Positions 60,366 through 64,000 of a stretch of 64,000 nucleotides of DNA are shown one piece after another. The stretch is from Candidatus Latescibacterota bacterium (GTDB lineage Bacteria; Latescibacterota; UBA2968; GCA-2709665): contig CAXXXF010000004.1 of the NCBI GenBank assembly GCA_963667175.2, forward strand, positions 64,001-128,000, read 5' to 3'. A program made the translations under genes and the position numbers. The notes under the pieces are model-generated. The model saw only the letters and a program-made list of their open reading frames with translations, was not told where the DNA came from and made no database searches. Positions within the stretch are counted from its first letter, which is position 1. Every line of letters begins with the position of its first letter.

Positions 60366-62102
60366 ATGCCGGAAAGTCATCGCCCGTCGATTCTCGGGAA
60401 ACGCTACGTTGTCTCGTCGCTGCACTATCTGGCAACCATGGGCGGGGTCCGTATCCTCGAAAACGGCGGCAACGCGGCCGATGCCGGTGTCGCCACCGGT
60501 ATCTGCATCAACGTGCTCCAACCGGGGTCCACCCATTTCGGCGGTGTCGCGCCGATCATCTATTGTCCGGGATCGGGCGCGTCGGTTGAAACCATCAGCG
60601 GACTCGGGCGCTGGCCACGGGCGGCAAACATCGACACTTTCCGGGAACAATATGGCGGCGACCTTCCCCCGGGAATCCTGCGGACCGTTACCCCGGCATC
60701 GCCCGATGCGTGGCTAACGGCGCTGGCACGGTACGGCGCCATGACCTTCGAGCAGGTCATCCAGCCCGCGCTCGATCTGGCCGAAAACGGTCACCCGGTC
60801 GACGATCCGTTCCACGCCTTCGCCAGCGGTGCGCTGGGGGATGCGCCATCGACAACTGCGATCTTCAATCCCGGCGGACATATTCCACAGATCGGGGAAA
60901 TATTCTTTCAAAAGGACCTGGCGAACACCTTCCGGCGGATGATCGATGCCGAACGCGGGGCGGGAGGCGATCGGGTAACGGGAATCAAAGCAGCGCGCGA
61001 TCTGATCTATAAGGGTGAAATCGCTCGGGAAATCGCCGAATTTTACGTTCAGGAAGGGGGGCTGTTGACGTACGAAGACCTCGCGACCTTCTCGGTTCGG
61101 GTCGAACCGCCGAGTCACATCGCCTACAAAGGCTACGATGTATATACATGCGGACCGTGGTGCCAGGGGCCAACCTTGAACATGGCGCTGAAGATTCTCG
61201 AAGGGGTCGACCTGCAGAGGATGGGGCACGAATCGGCGGACTATCTCCACACCATTATCGAGGGAATGAAACTGGTGTTTGCCGATCGGGAGGCGTACTT
61301 CGGCGACCCCGATTTCGTGCAGGTGCCGCTGGCGGGATTGCTCGACGAACGCTATGCCGCTGGAAGACGGGCCGCCATCGACCTTCAGTGCGCCGCAGCC
61401 GACATGCCGCCCGCCGGTGATCCGTGGCGATTCCATCCGGAACCGCGCGGTAAAAACGGTCCCTTTTCAATCCTGGATCCAGACCGCCCGCAACCGGAGC
61501 GACTGTCTCATTGGGAAAGCGACACCAGTTACCTCTGCGTGGTGGACGGGCAGGGCAACGCTTTCTCATCGACCCCGTCCGACGTGGTCGGTTGGACACC
61601 GGTCGTGCCAGGCCTGGGTTTTCCGATATCGGGACGGGGTACGCAGACGTGGCTCGATCCGGCGCATCCCTCGTGTCTGCAGCCGTGGAAGCGTCCGCGC
61701 CTCACGCCGAACCCCGCGATGGTCCTTAAGGATGGAAAGCCGTTTATGCCCTTCGGTTGTCCCGGCGGCGATGCGCAGGTGCAGGGAATGCTGCAGGTGT
61801 TCCTGAATATCATCGAGTTCGGAATGGAACCGCAGGAAGCGATCGACGCCGCGCGCGTCATCAGTCACAGCTTTCCGAATTCCTTTTGGCCGCATGGATC
61901 ATTGCCCGGGGAGGTCACGGCCGAAGCCCGCATCGCCCCGCATGTGCGGGAGGATCTGCGAAGTCGCGGGCACATCGTCAATGATGAGGACGATTGGAGC
62001 ACAGGGGTCAGCAGGGTGTGCGCAATTACCGTCGATCCCGAGACAGGCACACGCGCCGGCGGCGCGGATCCGCGCTCCACGTCGTATGCGATCGGCTGGT
62101 GA
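60366..62102 (+). CDS. ggt: Gamma-glutamyltransferase family protein
   Basis: GGNAADA, FADRE, nucleophile DTSYLCVVD, PGGDAQ and GADPR motifs. Confidence 0.9.
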   Translation: MPESHRPSILGKRYVVSSLHYLATMGGVRILENGGNAADAGVATGICINVLQPGSTHFGGVAPIIYCPGSGASVETISGLGRWPRAANIDTFREQYGGDLPPGILRTVTPASPDAWLTALARYGAMTFEQVIQPALDLAENGHPVDDPFHAFASGALGDAPSTTAIFNPGGHIPQIGEIFFQKDLANTFRRMIDAERGAGGDRVTGIKAARDLIYKGEIAREIAEFYVQEGGLLTYEDLATFSVRVEPPSHIAYKGYDVYTCGPWCQGPTLNMALKILEGVDLQRMGHESADYLHTIIEGMKLVFADREAYFGDPDFVQVPLAGLLDERYAAGRRAAIDLQCAAADMPPAGDPWRFHPEPRGKNGPFSILDPDRPQPERLSHWESDTSYLCVVDGQGNAFSSTPSDVVGWTPVVPGLGFPISGRGTQTWLDPAHPSCLQPWKRPRLTPNPAMVLKDGKPFMPFGCPGGDAQVQGMLQVFLNIIEFGMEPQEAIDAARVISHSFPNSFWPHGSLPGEVTAEARIAPHVREDLRSRGHIVNDEDDWSTGVSRVCAITVDPETGTRAGGADPRSTSYAIGW

Positions 62103-62103
62103 A

Positions 62104-62250
62104 GGAACCGCCCCTACGAAAACCTTACATCCTTAGAATCGATATTGCCGTCCCGTGCGACAACCCTGGATCTGTAGGGGCAGCCCTTGCGGTTGCCCGC
62201 CTTGTCACTGTATCCGCTCTTCCCTTTGTGTCTTTGTGTCTCCGTGTGAG
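62104..62250. repeat. Pair of GTAG-type REP-like elements plus GACAC module
   Basis: GGAACCGCCCCTAC and GTAGGGGCAGCCCTTGCGGTTGCCC in opposite orientation; homologous to 1878-1966. Confidence 0.65.
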
Positions 62251-62333
62251 TCATGGTTTACCTGCGGGCAGGGGGCGAGGTCACGGCGCACGCATATCGT
62301 TAATCTGACGAGACGTCTCTACAGGAAGGAACT

Positions 62334-63827
62334 ATGCTGACACAAGTTGATTATGCCGTCATCGCGGTATATGCGGTGTTGATGGCGTGGATTGGCATTC
62401 TGGCGAAGCGGAAGTCCGCTAACGTGGAACAGTACTTCGCGGCGGGGCACGGATTGCCGTGGTGGATGGCGGCCATCTCGCACCACGTGTCGGGATACAG
62501 CGCGGTGGCATTCGTGGGTTTCGCCGGGCGCGCGGCCGTCACGGGATTCAGTATGTGGACCCTGTTCTCGCTCGGGGTGTTCGTGGCGCTTGTGATCGGA
62601 TGCCTCGTGTGGGCGCCGAGATGGTCCCGCCTGAAAGTGCTGACGCCGGTGGAATATCTGGAAGCGCGCTACGGCAATTCCGTGAGGGGTCTGATCGCGG
62701 TTTCCGGGATCCTCATCAAGTTCATCGACCTCGGCATCAAGCTGTTCGCGATCTCGATCGTGGTCCACGTGGTGACCGGCTGGGCGGTGCTGCCCGTGAT
62801 CGTCGTTTCGGGTCTGATTACCATCGCCTACGTGTTTATCGGCGGGCTGTGGGCGACCGTGCTGACGGACCTCGTCCAGTTCGTGGTACAATTGGTGATG
62901 AGTCTGGCCGTCCTGTTCATCGCGCTGGATATGGTGGGCGGCTGGAACGCGATGTGGGACAGTCTGCCCCGGGAACGCGCCGGATTCTTCAATGAAGCGG
63001 GCGGGATCGGCGTGAGCTTCTGGCTGGTCTACGTGGTTGTGATCATCTTCAGCTACAACGGGGGCACCTGGGGCCTGGCGCAGCGATTCGTGTCGGTGGA
63101 AAAACCGAGAGATGCCCAGAGGGCGGCGCTGCTGTCGGCGATTCTCTATCTGTTCTATCCCATCGTCATTTTCGTCCCCGCGTGGGCCGCGCCGCTACTC
63201 ATGCCCGAATATTTCGATCCGGTGACCCTGCAACCGGTCGCGGGTTTCGATCTGGACCAGACCTATATCCTCGTCACGCAGAAAATCCTGTCGGCGCTGG
63301 CGCCGGGGCTGATCGGACTGCTCGTATGCTCGATGTTCGCCGCCACCATGTCGATGATCGACAGCGATATCAACGCGCTTGCCGCGGTGTTCACCAAGGA
63401 CTTCTACCAGCGCAATTTCAAGCAGGGGATCGACGACCGGGCGCTGTTCAGGGCGGGCATGACCATTACGGCGATCTTCGGCATCGCGGTTCTGGTGACG
63501 GCAATCGTGATCTCCCAGAGCCAGGGCATGAACAAGGTATTTTCTCTCACCGTGAAACTCTTCGGCGGTCTCCTGTCGCCCATCGCGATCCCGCTGATGT
63601 TTGGAATGATATGGAAACGCCCCACGGCGCGGGGCGCGGTCCTGTCTTTTATCGGCGGCGTGGTGACCTATTTCATCATGATTCAGTTCACGGACAGGTT
63701 CGAGATCTACACGGGAGTCGAAATCCTGGTCGCGCTGGTCATCTACTTCGGCGAGGGGTACATCAGCAAACGCAACGAGGAGAAGGAGGCGGAGGTCGAG
63801 GCGCTGTTCGACAGAATCGAAAACTGA
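62334..63827 (+). CDS. Sodium:solute symporter family protein
   Basis: YFAAG, EYLEARYG, GGLWATVLTD and AATMS motifs. Confidence 0.92.
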   Translation: MLTQVDYAVIAVYAVLMAWIGILAKRKSANVEQYFAAGHGLPWWMAAISHHVSGYSAVAFVGFAGRAAVTGFSMWTLFSLGVFVALVIGCLVWAPRWSRLKVLTPVEYLEARYGNSVRGLIAVSGILIKFIDLGIKLFAISIVVHVVTGWAVLPVIVVSGLITIAYVFIGGLWATVLTDLVQFVVQLVMSLAVLFIALDMVGGWNAMWDSLPRERAGFFNEAGGIGVSFWLVYVVVIIFSYNGGTWGLAQRFVSVEKPRDAQRAALLSAILYLFYPIVIFVPAWAAPLLMPEYFDPVTLQPVAGFDLDQTYILVTQKILSALAPGLIGLLVCSMFAATMSMIDSDINALAAVFTKDFYQRNFKQGIDDRALFRAGMTITAIFGIAVLVTAIVISQSQGMNKVFSLTVKLFGGLLSPIAIPLMFGMIWKRPTARGAVLSFIGGVVTYFIMIQFTDRFEIYTGVEILVALVIYFGEGYISKRNEEKEAEVEALFDRIEN

Positions 63828-63838
63828 TTTAAAAAAAG

Positions 63839-64000
63839 CCGTCAGCTATCAGCCGTAAGCAGTCAGCTTGAGTCAAAGACCAGAGCCAAACAGCGAGAAT
63901 CAAACCCGTTGACGTCAGCGTTGTGATGTGGCAGGACCAGATGGGGCGCAGACCTCTCCCCCCGGCCCCCTCTCCCGGGGGGAGAGGGGGAGAAAACCAG
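63839..64000. repeat. Dispersed repeat (7-mer array plus palindrome), cut by the window end
   Basis: Matches 45469-45605 and the 7-mer array at 1831-1855. Confidence 0.8.

Overview
GC-rich bacterial window made of metabolic blocks and two putative defence islands. The metabolic genes include a heparinase II/III and glycoside-hydrolase-like cluster, three PhyH dioxygenases, two NCS2 permeases, a GPP34-P450 / acyltransferase / GT1 block, katG, bcp, GGT and an SSS symporter. Island 1 (about 8.3-22.3 kb) carries a ubiquitin-like operon (Ubl, E2-like, JAB-E1 fusion, HTH) whose Ubl ends in ...DDNS with no terminal Gly. It also carries a convergent papain-like peptidase with a small partner, a 1454-aa STAND ATPase with a C-terminal PD-(D/E)xK domain, and an IS110 with a 157-bp duplicated right end. 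Island 2 (about 50.9-60.2 kb) carries a Hachiman-like pair with a frameshifted nuclease, a coupled small Cys-rich protein plus Zn-ribbon SIR2-like gene, a DUF2971-like ORF and a DUF3883 nuclease. Two probable selenoprotein genes are split by the ORF track at in-frame UGA codons. Several REP/MITE-like repeats are present. I saw no CRISPR array, tRNA or rRNA. All family calls are from motif recognition by eye, with no database searches.
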